A stretch of 63,931 bases of DNA, the filler included, from Lenisia limosa (Eukaryota > Protista > Breviatea), in assembly GCA_001655205.1 (NCBI GenBank). It is 13 parts of 13 records of this genome, joined end to end, with 100 filler letters (N's around TTAATTAATTAA, not from the genome) between each part and the next. Parts side by side here need not be neighbours in the genome. Positions count along the whole stretch, not along the records: positions 1 to 7,901 come from LPNZ01007810.1; positions 8,002 to 18,103 come from LPNZ01010192.1; 11 more parts are not named here. One strand, 5' to 3'. Shown here piece after piece: positions 1 to 12,732 of the stretch. A model generated the notes under the pieces. It was not told where the DNA came from and searched no databases. It worked only from the letters and a program-made list of their open reading frames with translations. The position numbers and the translations under genes are program-made. Positions within the stretch are counted from its first letter, which is position 1. Each line of letters starts with the position of its first letter.

Positions 1-1
1 A

Positions 2-597
2 CTTGTGGGGAAAGAAACCAAAGATTATCAGCGGTACAGGTTGGTTCTACTCTTGTGTTTGTTATTCCACAAATGTGCCTTTATTTCATTGTCTACGCTG
101 TTTCATCGTCATTATTTATATCCGCAGGTACTTTGTGTTATGGAGGCTCTCGACACTGAAGTTCCTTGACGCCACAGCGGTGACGGCGGAAGAGGTTACC
201 GAAGCCTCGCGGGTCGGCCAATTCATGAAGGTCGTGAAGGTGTCTGTTGACGATCTCAAAACCTCTTCTGGTGGCAGTAGTATTACCGTTAGGGGGGGGG
301 GTGAATTCAGGGATTCCAGAGATGCTTCTCAACATTCAGCAGTGGTGAATTCTATTTTTCTCGTGTTCCTCTTTTTCATCTTCCTCCTCGTCAATATCTT
401 CTATAACATCTTTATTATACGCGGCACTGACCTGGTCACGGAGCGTATACTAATCATGTGAATGTCCTTTTGTCTTCAATTTTATTTATTTTGTATTATC
501 TTGCTCTAAGCTGACCCCTCAGGCGAAGGCGGCAGCACTGCCCTCAACAACATCATCAGTTGGCGGACACACTGCCAAGTTCGGTGTTTCTCGATAT
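2..597 (+). CDS. LRMDA: LRMDA/C10orf11-like leucine-rich repeat protein, 3' part (exons 2-33, 128-344, 523-597; last exon probably in N gap 901-987)
   Basis: Spliced translation [49 protein letters not shown]...GHTAKFGVSRY matches the recalled LRMDA C-terminus (YRxFVLYKLPNLKFLDAQKVT..E..EA..RGVFMKVVKP...GVLGKCRY). GT/AG boundaries keep the frame. Confidence 0.8.
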
Positions 598-837
598 GTG
601 AGCTGCATGATTGATATGTGTATGGTGACTGGAGATATTATTACATCTTTTTTCTTGAATTTGTTACAACTCCTCGATTACATTGTCTCATTTATATGTT
701 TCTCAAACGGTGTCGATTTTGGGTTTTCGTTGCGTATGCAGTAGATATCATCATTCATTTCCATTTTACGTACGCTGAGTGATGGGATGCGGTGCTGCAG
801 AAGCGACTGTCTGTTTTTGTTATATTCTCATGTCGTC

Positions 838-900
838 AGCCAATAGAGTTGATTTTGGGCTTTTTTTATTTCATAAGTTTTCCAATTTTACCCCCCCCCC
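838..900 (+). repeat. Family A intron-acceptor motif (AGCCAATAGAGTTGATTTTGGGC-T-rich-TTTCATAAGTTTTCCAATTTTAC-polyC)
   Basis: Clear copies at 19674-19740(-), 21056-21135(-), 43587-43640(+), 61036-61095(+), 61354-61414(+). Degenerate or partial copies at 20076-20125, 21577-21610, 21877-21930, 23353-23392, 23838-23868, 27706-27724, 43923-43985. Confidence 0.85.
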
Positions 901-1292
901 NNNNNNNNNNNNNNNNNNNNNNNNNNNNNNNNNNNNNNNNNNNNNNNNNNNNNNNNNNNNNNNNNNNNNNNNNNNNNNNNNNNNNNNTCCCTCTAGGCTG
1001 GGGTGTGTACTAGGATGGTATGGACGTGGTTCCAATGTATTTTTGTTTCGGGATGCTTGATGATTTTCTCTTCCAAGAAGTAACATGTGGTTTCCATATT
1101 AGGAGAAATAAATAGGATAGGAAGGGAAAGAAGCTCAAGATTGTATTAACCCCTGTCTGATACTGTTATTGAGAGGGGTGAACCATCTTATCCACAACAT
1201 TTGGAGATTGAAAAAAACAAACAGAATAGAGTATTATTATGAGCACCCAAATGGTGACGCCTCAATGGATTGAAGGGGCATTCATAGTCCAA

Positions 1293-4200
1293 CTAGGAAC
1301 GTCTCTGTCGGGGCTGGCGAATCCCGATTTTTGAAGGCATGGGGCCTGGCTTACCAAATTTGATTTGGCGGATTATACGTGACGGCAAATGCATTGGCTG
1401 TTCCTCACCATCACTGTCGGCTGAAGAGTGAGGACCATGTTGAGGGGTTGTACAATAATATAATAATATAGAAACAGAAATACCAAACGATTGAGACCCT
1501 CACCCACAAAATGATTTACCCGAAGTCACGGGAATGTTGAAGGAATCTGCTGACTTTTTCCTGGGGTGTGATTAGGACAGGATTGCTGATCATCTCATTA
1601 AAGACGATAAAAACATGCAAAAAACAAAACAAGTTTTGTACTTCTAAAACCGTATTGCTATGCTTCAGCTTTGTCCAACTCCTCCCTTATCAATAGTTTC
1701 TCAAAAACTCAACTTCCACTTTTAACCCGTCCCTAAACACGAACTAATCTCCGACCACACCCACCTCGGGAACAGTGTTGTAGCCATATCCTTGTCATCG
1801 ACGAGAGAGTCCAAATTCACAACCGGTCGCGGCGGCGGCGTCATACTCGACCGTCGCTCCGGGGTGCGAGAGGCAGACCGTCTTCGGAGAGGGGGGGTAT
1901 CAATTAGATGCGTGATACAATGCTTAATACTTCTGGAAAATATGTTTTAGAGGTGCGAGGATTACAATAAAACCATAATTCACAGCCCTGATATCATTTC
2001 AACAATTGGTCTCATACAACTCATAATCATTAAACAACATAGCACTGAAAATTGCCAAGTCACAATTACAGAACAACCAACACAACCTCCAACCGCTTTT
2101 TCTTCTTCTTGGCCGATTTAGACTTTGCTGCGTTGTCCATAACCAAGTCCGACGACGACGACCTCCTGGTTAAGTATAACGGAGACGGTGCGGGCTGGTT
2201 ATCTTCCTTCTTTGGAGATGGTTCAGGCTTTTCCTCCTTCTGCGTGCCTGGTGTTTCTGAGGGCTTCGTCTTCTTGGTTGTTGGGGTCTTCTTTACGGTT
2301 TTGAGCTTCTTATTACCCTTGGCTTTGGGGGTGGATGTGTCATGCGTGACGCCTTTTTGTTGAGATTTGGCCTAAGAGTGTTAGATATCCTTCCTGTTGA
2401 CGAGGGATTTTGATAAGACATGTATCACCACATAATTTCTCATGTTTAAGGTGATTTTAAAGGAAATTGATTGTTCAATATCATCAGTATTTACGTTTAA
2501 TCGAATGGAGAAGTATCAACGAAACGTTGATTCCATTAAGCTCATTATTTTGTGATTTCGAATAATTCAAGGAAAGTAGTAATACTGTAGGAATTTAATA
2601 AAATTTTATTAAAAAACGTGCTCAACATCAGTCCACTAAAATATGTTTTGCAATTGACAGAGAACTTGAAAAAATTTACAAATCCTGAAATTTTGACACA
2701 ATAAATGTTGTTTGATGTGCAAAATACACTTTAATAAACGGGAAATGTACAAGGAGAGAGCAGGGAACTACCTTTTTACTGCTGACAGGCTTGCTATCCT
2801 TCTTCTTTGACTTGTCTTCTTCTAAATAACGTTCATTTGGTACAACAACCCTTATGAGAATGGAAGAGAAGCCCTAACAACAACTGCTGCGACAATCCCC
2901 CCTCACCTTCACTCTGCCTTGACTGCCCTTGCCCCATTTTGAGAATAGGAGTTATTTATTACTTTCAAGATGAATTTATCAATTCAGAATAAGTATGGTC
3001 GTGTTTGCTTTGTATAATCCAAGTAATCTCTGGTTTTGGATGGATTTTTTTTTTTTTTTTTTCTCTGAATTGGTCATCCATCCTTCCCGAAATACCCTGG
3101 GGTCCTATGGACTGAAAAGGAAAGTAAATGTATGTTACTATGTTACTTAATTACAAAGATACAAGTAGTTTGGTGATGATTTGCCCCTTGAAGGTTGCTA
3201 CCTTCAGAAAACTGTTTCAGGGTCAAAGGTTTAAGGTTCCAAGGTTCAAAATAAAGAACTGAAAAAGATAAAGGTCTTTTTGAATATCAACATCCCACAA
3301 TTTCACAGAAATTACTGCACATCCAACTTGCATCAAAGAAAAAGCATAAATAACATCTAACACACAGGAGGCATCCGGAAGCCATAGACCTTGATAAAGC
3401 CGCTACCATCTCTTCTGAGATGAAGCGGTGTTGGGACGCGATGAGCTGCCGGTGGTAGGGCGCGAGGACGGCTCAATACGGCCGCTTCGCCGCTTGGTGC
3501 GGGGCTGGCGTGGGGGGGTGTTCCGCGATGCTCTACTACGTCGGCGCAAACTCTGAAAGATATTATTTTAAAACATAAGCAGGAATAAAAGCTACACTAC
3601 ATGGTTAAACCCCCCCACGGAAACAGGGCTTCGCTCTGGGGAGGGGTTTGGGATGAGCTGGTGATCCACGAGCACATCTTGGATCTTAGAGATCACTTCA
3701 TTGGCCATCTCGTTGGGAAGGTTGGTGTGGAACCTGGGGTTACAATGGAAGGGGGGAACAGAAAGAATCATATCAAGGTCGAAATATCTCACTTTATAAA
3801 TGACAGCACTCTACAGTTAATTTCAAGCTTCATTCACAAAAATGATAGTCAATCCAATTTGAATATTCCATCCTGGCTTACGAGTCATCATTATCCGAGA
3901 CATCACCCGAAAGACTATGTCGCGATGCGGACAGCACGACGGGGTCCAAAGACGTGTTTAAGGGGCACATGTTCAGCCACTCCTGCAAGGACATGGTCCC
4001 ATGGGAGGTTGACGGCCGAAGCTGATGCGTGAAAAACCGGTCAAATGGATGGAATTCACAAATGGAAAAGAACCAACCCCTTAAAAACAATAAATATTCC
4101 AGATACAGCAAGGTGGGGACCCTACCTCCGTGGCAGGGGTCACAGGCCGAGTGATAGTGACAGGGCAAGGTAACGAGCTAATGCCAAATGCTGGGGGGTC

Positions 4201-6165
4201 TACGGAGGGAAACGGCCCAAAGAAGTCGAACGAAGCCTGTACTGCGGGGGAGTCAGAGAACAGTTTGTCTTTATGTAGCTCTTGTCATTTTGGTTAACCA
4301 ACCATACCTGGAAGGTGGGACGAGGGGGTAGCTAAAATGGCAGCGGGCCTCAACTTGAATGCCGAAGGGAGGACGGGCAGGCTAAACGGTTGAGGGGGTG
4401 TGTTTCACGGGTCCAGCGTTGGAAAGTAACTTCCCAAAGGATTCAAAAATTCCCAAAGGATTCAAAAATGATGCGTGAAGAATGTGGAATGGGGGGGGGG
4501 GGGNNNNNNNNNNNNNNNNNNNNNNNNNNNNNNNNNNNNNNNNNNNNNNNNNNNNNNNNNNNNNNNNNNNNNNNNNNNNNNNNNNNNNNNNNNNNNNNNC
4601 ACGAACCGAATAATCTGAAACTCCAAACAAAATACAAACAAAAACAAGCAATAACACGAGCAACCAACGTTAAAACTAGACAAAAGAAAGATGATAAAAC
4701 ACAAAAACAACTTTGTTCCTACCCCCACCCCCCAACTTTGTTGGGGTGATATCCCTGTTGTTGTGGAAAACTTTCATGCTTCTTGTTGGCATATCCACCA
4801 AAAACCCTAAAATATAAGACCGAGGAGTGGGAGCTTAGTTAACATAATAAACTATATAACATAACACAACAAACTACTCAAGGAGAATATGAGCTTAATT
4901 TGTGGAAATGGAAGGAAAATCAGGCAATTCACATCAAGGCACAGTACCCCCCACCGAAGCAATCACCCTCTTCAATGGATGCTTCAACACAAATAGCAGG
5001 GGTTTCATCTGAGAACAATTGATTAAAACGTATTTCTGGAACAGCCTTCCCACCACAGTCAACCAGGAATGAGAGAAATAAAACACCCCCCCCCCCCAAC
5101 NNNNNNNNNNNNNNNNNNNNNNNNNNNNNNNNNNNNNNNNNNNNNNNNNNNNNNNNNNNNNNNNNNNNNNNNNNNNNNNNNNNNNNNNNNNNNNNNNNNN
5201 NNNNNNNNNNNNNNNNNNNNNNNNNNNNNNNNNNNNNNNGGTTCAGATTCTGCGTAGATGCCATTGCTAAGGGTGCGTTACGGTAAAGGAATATTGGTTT
5301 CATAAAATAGCATATGATTTCCACGATCATTATTTGTCTTAACTCTTCAATGACGCACAAGATAAAACATTCCTTCCTCTTACGCGTAAAGATGGCAGGA
5401 AGAGAGGCATACGGTGACGCTACCTGACTTTTTTGCCCTGTCATTCGACCGGATTTGGGACGCTGGTGAGTTGGATAATAAAAATAGTGATATTGTGTTG
5501 ACTGTAAGATTGATTAAACTAGTAAACCACTATGAAAAATGGATGAGAATCAAAGTTATTACCATCTTTTCTAAAATATTGATTATACAAGACAAAATAG
5601 CCAACACAAAATAAAAAGAAAAGANNNNNNNNNNNNNNNNNNNNNNNNNNNNNNNNNNNNNNNNNNNNNNNNNNNNNNNNNNNNNNNNNNNNNNNNNNNN
5701 NNNNNNNNNNNNNNNNNNNNNNNNNNNNNNNNNNNNNNNNNNNNNNNNNNNNTTCGTGTTTTAAAGAAGATGATACAATTATACTAACTGTGATAGATTA
5801 GTTTGACATCGTTAAATTTGTTGGCGGGTGTGTACAACCTTTATCCACGGGATTATATGGTTGGGGTAACTCTCACCCATTCCAGCGGTTGCTGTCTTTG
5901 ATCTAGAGGGAGAAGAATATGTGCCAACCGCCCTGTTGCTGCCAAGGTGCCAAAGAAAGTGAGCTGGGGCATTCTTCATCATAGTGGGCATTCTATTTGT
6001 GTTTGTAGTTCCAAAACAAGAACTCACCTTCCCTGTTCAATATCCCACGCTCACCCTATACAGTGGGGACATGTGTTTCACAACCACAAGCACCGCATTG
6101 CCGTTGGCGAGTATAACGTGTATCACCAACCGTGGGTGTGTGTCCCTTTGTCCAGTTTTTTTCAC
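1293..6165 (-). CDS. Hypothetical multi-exon low-complexity (K/S/P/R-rich) protein; may be more than one gene
   Basis: Chain of GT/AG-bounded open exons (e.g. THPRLVIHVILANGNAVLVVVKHMSPLYR, SLRRRSRASRNTPPRQPRTKRRSG, KKTPTTKKTKPSETPGTQKEEKPEPSP, ADSDGEEQPMHLPSRIIRQIKFGKPG) ending at TAG 1293-1295. No family recognised. Confidence 0.5.
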
Positions 6166-6540
6166 ACTCGAGTCAATTTCTCGTAATTCTGAAGAATACC
6201 TTATCAATATTTAACTAGTCTTTCATTGTGCTGTCACCTAAATGCATGACTTTTGAAACAAGCCACCCTAACTGGCCGGAATAGGTTCCTGTTTACTCAG
6301 AATTTTGTCATTGTGCTTTTCAAGGTGTTGTGGCAGAGAGCCGAAAGAGGAAAATGATCAAAAGAAAAAGGAAAACGGGGGAGAGAAGGGTGTGGATGAG
6401 TAACAGAATTATTAATTGTTATCTGTAGTTATCAAGTTTATTTTGTGACCACCTTCTCCCCTACTAGATTATTGGAAGACCCTTCATCAGCAATAGGTGA
6501 GAGTACAGATCGTCTGAAGAGTAAAGAAGAGAAAAATTGA

Positions 6541-6561
6541 GAAAAAAAAAATGAAAAAAAA
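6541..6561 (-). terminator. Pol III oligo-T terminator of tRNA-Gly
   Basis: T7 and T10 runs on the minus strand immediately 3' of the tRNA. Confidence 0.65.
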
Positions 6562-6633
6562 TACCACATCCGGGAGTCGAACCCGGGCCGTCTGCTTGGA
6601 AGGCAGAAATCCTAGCCGTTGGACCAATGTAGT
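6562..6633 (-). tRNA. tRNA-Gly(TCC)
   Basis: Reverse complement folds as a 72-nt cloverleaf: acceptor ACTACAT/ATGTGGT, anticodon stem TCTGC-CTTCCAA-GCAGA, T-arm CCGGG-TTCGACT-CCCGG, with A and B boxes. Confidence 0.9.
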
Positions 6634-6838
6634 TCACAATATCAAACAACATTTTTTGAAAGTCGACACTTGACAAAAATTAACCATATTTTTTCTGGGC
6701 ACAAAAACTTTCCTCTTTTGGAAGTGTCACGTGACTTTCAAGGAAAGTGCCGAAGGTATCATATATCAATGTCGTTCTTCTGTATAATACCCAAATTTCA
6801 GATCAAATGAAATAAATACAGCTGAGTTATCGTGTACT

Positions 6839-7839
6839 CTACACTGATACGTTAATACCTTGTATGATGCCCTCCAACGTGTAAGTGAGTTTGGTGGGTG
6901 GAAGGCCGAGCGCGGAAGCAAACGAAGTGACAGATGTAGAGTTGGTGAGGTTGAAAGGGGTGACAACCGAGCTTTCTGCTGTGGAGTGCCGCTATACAAA
7001 TCAGTTGGTGTACCCATGATGCCTCATAAACCCAACAGACCAACCCCTTCACAGCTATCGTGTAAAGCTGCCCACAATGGTAGTTAGACCCCACCCACCC
7101 TGGAAGAAAGCCGAACAGAAGTCCTGTCGGGAACATAGGGGGTTTCTTCTTCAAGCAGAGATCTGTGACAGTGAGCGTTTGGCCCTCTACACAACAAAAT
7201 TCAACTTAGCGTAGGTTTTTGGAATGACGAGCAAGAGGCCTGTCATAAGAGAGCCACCCCCCCCCAAACTCTATGGCAATGGGAGGAATGAACGTTGACC
7301 TAATTTTGAGCGCTGTTGGCGCTACTTCAACTGACAACGCTGTTGGGATGCCTGGAGGGGTGAAGGAGGTAGGATTGAAGAGGTTCATGAAAAGAAGATA
7401 CAAAGGTGATTATGCAACATAATATCCCACCTTGAGGATCATCATCTTGGACTACTTCCCACCCGATAATCGCCCTAAAATGGTAATCACAATCAAGTGG
7501 GGGGGGGGGGGGNNNNNNNNNNNNNNNNNNNNNNNNNNNNNNNNNNNNNNNNNNNNNNNNNNNNNNNNNNNNNNNNNNNNNNNNNNNNNNNNNNNNNNNN
7601 NNNNNNNNNNNNNNNNNNNNNNNNNNNNNNNCCTGGCATATCACCTTCCTCAATTTACAGTGTCAACAAATCCATATTCCATATTATTTTACACCTAAAA
7701 ATAGCAGCCCCCCACAAGGGATAGATTCCAGAGTCGAGAGTGAATTGGCTGAGAATTGCAGAGAAGTAGTACCGTCCGAACATTGTGTGACTGTCGATAT
7801 CGGGGCTGACTGATAGACATGCTCGACGCCCGGCCTGGC
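6839..7839 (-). CDS. Hypothetical protein, 3' exons (5' part beyond scaffold gap)
   Basis: Open exons bounded by GT/AG, including NPTSFTPPGIPTALSVEVAPTALK and a terminal AESSVVTPFNLTNSTSVTSFASALGLPPTKLTYTLEGIIQGINVSV*. No family recognised. Confidence 0.45.
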
Positions 7840-8236
7840 CTATGGGGGGGTGAGATGCAAAATCATTATCAACTTTGTTCATTCACCCCCCCCCCCCCCC
7901 CNNNNNNNNNNNNNNNNNNNNNNNNNNNNNNNNNNNNNNNNNNNNTTAATTAATTAANNNNNNNNNNNNNNNNNNNNNNNNNNNNNNNNNNNNNNNNNNN
8001 NTGTCAATTTTCTAAAGTACTTGTTTTATTCAGTTTTTGAGCAAATACTCGAATTTCCAATCTCCAGATATGGGTATTACAATGCCAACTTATGGCAGAT
8101 GTTGACAGAAGTACATCAAAAATATCAAATTTTGGTGTATCTTTTTTATTTTATATGGACTTCAACAAAAGAATGGAAAGATGATTTACTTTTATAAGGA
8201 ATTTTTTTTAAAGGCTATACCCTTATTTTGGGACTT

Positions 8237-9370
8237 TTTGGCGGCACGCGCGCGTTTGGCCTCAGACGCGATTTCAGCATCTTCTCTTGGCTTCTCTTTT
8301 CGGCACTGACGGCAGCCTCGACTTTTTGGATGGACGTCTCTTGAGACTGGGGGGGGGGGGGNNNNNNNNNNTTAAGGAATTTTTTTTATAGGGTTTTATA
8401 GGGTTTAGCCGGTCCTGCATATGTAATATATTATGTACCTTTTATTTAGAAAGGGAAAATTTAAGTACATGTTATATTTCCCACTTCAAATTTTGAAATC
8501 AATTTCTCCATTAATTGAGCGGAGTCCTACATATTTGACTGAACCGTTTTGAACTTTTTTCATACTACTAATACAGGATTTGTTCCTAGATTTTAACTTC
8601 AATTTTTGGCACTCATATCTTAGATTCTTGATCATTTTGTCGCGTTGCTTCACCATTTTAACATATCGCATTCGTTTCAGCTATCGTATTGTCCCGAGGT
8701 TTGTTGGACCGTCATTGATGTTTAACTCATAGAACAAAAATATGCTACCGCGCAGAATTCCCGTAAATTATCCGGATTTCCGTAAATTATTATTTTCTTT
8801 AATTTTTTTTGGCTTAAATGCACCAAAATTCNNNNNNNNNNNNNNNNNNNNNNNNNNNNNNNNNNCAATCCTACAAACACAAAAGCTACATTCATCTCAT
8901 TTCATGAGAGCTTTGTGACGGCGAGTTTGAGAAGCCTTGATCTTGACAGGCTTCAACTCTTCAGGGTTGGCGATAACCTAAAAGAGTTAGTGTGAAAGCT
9001 ATAAATACAATGATACGCCAATTTCAAAACATACCTGTCCAGGCTTAAGTGCTACCAGTTTCTCCCCTGGTTTGGTAATGTAGAACTGGCAGGGACGCTG
9101 TACGTCATCAATTGTAGGTCCAACTTGGCAGGTGCGGAAAACAGCCTTATTTACAATGAGGATGACTCAAAGACGCGTGGGTTCCGCAGGGACACGGAAG
9201 AAATGGTGACCGCAACACCCTCCAAAAAGCTGCGATCTTCAGAGGAGAGCTCTTTTGTGTGGGAGGTCATTCTTGAGGAAGGTTCTGGCACGGATTCCAA
9301 GTGCCTGTTTATACGCAAGGTCTCCATCTTCTTTAACTGCTTGGATAGAGCTGCGGAATTCTGCAGTTTG
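8237..9370 (-). pseudogene. Spliced gene remnant(s), probably degenerate
   Basis: Exon-like segments SQETSIQKVEAAVSAEKRSQEKMLKSRL, VGPTIDDVQRPCQFYITKPGEKLVALKPGQ and VIANPEELKPVKIKASQTRRHKALMK*. Phases do not join cleanly and one frame has in-frame TGA. Confidence 0.35.
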
Positions 9371-10279
9371 NNNNNNNNNNCCTGCAAAACAAACAAGATA
9401 ATAAGCTTGGAGTTTGGATCTACCCCCCACACACACAAAAAACAAACACCAGAATGCAATCTCATATGATAATATATTACAACTAAATGATATCCACAGA
9501 AACTGAATGATGGGACTTTTCTCTCTCCTGGTTTTATTTAAGGTCTCGCTCAGTTTGATTATCATTAACAATAGTATATCAGTAGTCTCAATCTTTCGCC
9601 TCTGACTTCCCATTACATAAGGTTTGTGGAACTATCTCTTTATGGTTGTCTTGGAAACCGCCCCAAATCCTTATATTTTATACAAATGCATCAAAACAGA
9701 CATAATATAACTTGACTTGAACGGCCGTCACGAGTTGGATAGGGAACCAAAACATTTTTCTGGATATCCTAAAGTCTTTGGAGGACAAGGGACTCAGGGG
9801 AAAACGAAGGAGGGGGATGGGAAGAAGAGCCGCCATCTCAGACCACATCACTGGATATTATGTGAACTAATCAGCTATCTAAATACGCACGAAAAAGGTG
9901 TTATATTTCACGTTGTCTTGGTTCAAAAAGGCAAAGAGCTGCTGGGAATTTTTTTTCGAGAATATAACCCGCCGGCGTCCAGAAAAAAAAAACGAAAAGA
10001 GTTGCAACAGAGTATTGAGTAAAAAGAGTAGTTTTTGTTGGGAAAGAAATGTCATCTCCTTTATTTGTGGAATTAAGCAATACTCTTGATTCCTTAATCA
10101 GAGAATATGAGGATGTTTTTTTTTGCTAGTAAAATAGATTGAAACAGAAGATATATCTGATATTTTAATCAGAGATCCTTTGGTTCAAAAAATGGTTTAT
10201 TCTATTGTGTTTATTAATGTCACAAATAAGGATTTACTTACGAGATAAAACAGAGACTGTGGTTTCTGTTCCTGTAGGT

Positions 10280-11870
10280 TCAAGATCAGGTAATTGAGCT
10301 TTTTTGAGACCAATTTTATAGGAAGAGTGTGTCGTGCAGCAGCAGCGGCATTTGATGTATCTATTGAAAGCGGTTATAGGCTTTTTTTACAGGAAGAAAA
10401 TTTGCCTGAGAGAATTATTCAGGTTTGCTGTTTATTACAGGGGCTGTTTGGGAAGACAAAAAGAAGAAAAGAAAGGGAATTTTTTATTTAAACTACCAAC
10501 TTTTAGTACAAGGATTTCCTCAAATCCAATATCTGATAAAAACTAACTGGCATGTCACCTATGCGGGCTTGTTCAAATACAGAGGCTATGTCAAGCTCAT
10601 ATTTGTACTTCGACTGAGTCAGGTATTGACTTTTTAACCTGCTTTAAATGGTATAAGTGTGGTGACTTTTCTTCCGAGAATATTTTTGGTCGTGGAGTTT
10701 TGCTTCTTTGGGACTATTTAATCTCAAAAGCATTCATCCTTGCATGTTTCAGAAAGTGCTCAAAAACACTTTCAGAAGCGCCTGCCCTAGGTTACACTTG
10801 AGTTTTCTATGAGAGTTTAGATCGTTCGTTGAAGAACACTCTTTCCCCAAAAACACACAGTAAGAGAGTTTCTGTTGTTCTCGACGGTTGCTTCTAAACT
10901 TGTTTCACTAGAAGGTTAGATTGACTTGACTGTAAAGAATTTTTTTAGTGGGTAAGTGACACACTACCTGTGATCCAATTTTGACGAGGGAGATAACCAG
11001 AACCCAATGTCTCTCGCCTTATATCAGAAACATTTAATATTTTTCTTGAAGTGAAACATGTATATGGTTTTCTAAAAGCGCCACAAATACGAACTGGGAG
11101 AAGACCGGGGCTGCCATGATTATGGGCTTTCTTTGTTTAAGAGTACAACGGAGAATTACCCACCCCTGATGCTCTTGACGAGTTGCTCTCTCGCACCATG
11201 GACATGATCAATACGATGCGTTCTAACCCCGTCGCTATCGAGGACATCGAGGACATGCGGGTTACTGCTCTTGATCGCGGATTAGGCTGACTCATTTTTT
11301 TTTTTCTCTTTTTGATAATATTTATATCATACACCGCAGATTGAGGAATCTTCAACGACTCTGCTCCTTCCGCGTTAACCGACGAGTTCGCTAAGTCCAT
11401 CGCGAATGGTTGCCCCCCCCCCGATGGGCAGGTTGGTATGCCAATATGATTAAGCAGAATCTTAGCCAACCTGAACAACAGCCTTGATCCTTTAGGCAGC
11501 CCTTACTTCGGTGGTGAAACATATGCTCAACCAAGTAGGTAACAAACCCCAGTTCTTAACTCTATTTGGTTTACAATCTAGTTCGGGTTTACTCACGAAG
11601 CAATCAAACCAGGAAAATGGTACTTTGGATTTGTTATGCCATATTCCCGAGGAAACTGCGCCAAGGGAAAAATCATATACCCGACAAAAAATAGGAAATG
11701 TCATATTTTAAGAGAAATGAAAATCGCCATATACAANNNNNNNNNNTGGGACGGTATGTTTCTCCTTTTTCGTAAACATTATGTCCACAAGGAACGGGTC
11801 ATATCCATCAACAGTGTACCCACATGACTTTTGTGAGGCCCGGATGGCGTCATATGAGGGATGCTTCATT
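10280..11870 (+). pseudogene. Degenerate multi-exon gene, possibly TE-derived
   Basis: GC-richer exon-like blocks (RVCRAAAAAFDVSIESGYR, weakly HTH-like; ELPTPDALDELLSRTMDMINTMRSNPVAIEDIED; FGFTHEAIKPGKWYFGFVMPYSRGNCAK) interrupted by stops. Confidence 0.3.
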
Positions 11871-12732
11871 GCCNNNNNNNNNNTTGTAAAGTGCAACTGT
11901 TTACCGTAATTTTAGTGGTAAAATTCAAAACTGTTGGTGCAAGAACGTCTTCATTTTATCACAGGGACGATTTTAGGCGTGTTTTTAATGTATTTTGCAT
12001 GAAATATAGAAGTATCATGAAATATTGATACTCCTGCCTATTCTTTTGAATAAAACCCTGTATAAAGGAGTGTTTCGGGCGATAATTTGCAAACAATACG
12101 AAATAGTGGAAAAGAAGGAGTGTATTGGGGGATAATTTAAAGAAAAGCCTCCTTTTTTATTCGCGGTTTTAATCATGTTCGCGGTTTTAACTATGCTAAA
12201 GTGACGAATTTTAACATTAATCGAAACCTGCTCCAAAAAGAAGAAAAAAAGTAAATAAAAAAAAAGAAGAAAAGAAGAAAAAAAGAAAAAAAAAGAATTC
12301 AAAAGAAGGGAAAAAAAAAAAANNNNNNNNNNNNNNNNNNNNNNNNNNNNNTTTTGTTTTTTATCCCTTTTTTAAAATTATCACTGTTACAATATTTCAA
12401 GAGCTGACAACGAAGGAACTCAAACGTAAGTGGGATGGGATTCTGTTGATTTTTTTATAATACTATTATCAAATCTTGGTTTATGGGGTCGAAATTAAAA
12501 ATTTGTGTTTTCGAACCCCCCCCCCCCCNNNNNNNNNNNNNNNNNNNNNNNNNNNNNNNNNNNNNNNNNNNNNNNNNNNNNNNNNNNNTTTGTACGTTCA
12601 AAATGAGTGAAATCGGAACAAACAAGAAAATTTTTATTTTGTAAAAAAGGCCTAATAAAAAAATATCTACCTTAATCGATTTTGCTTTCATTTGCGATTT
12701 CTTTTCTTCCCTTCTGTTTCGGTATTTCTCAG

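Noticed and set aside
10660-10900. RVSVVLDGCF resembling the KDZ/Zisupton transposase DGNF motif
   Set aside because: The downstream CxRH, KGE and YD.xC motifs were not found; a single short match is insufficient.
11900-12200. TACCGTAATTT and tandem TTCGCGGTTTTAA motifs suggesting a transposon end
   Set aside because: No matching inverted partner or TSD could be located in the window.
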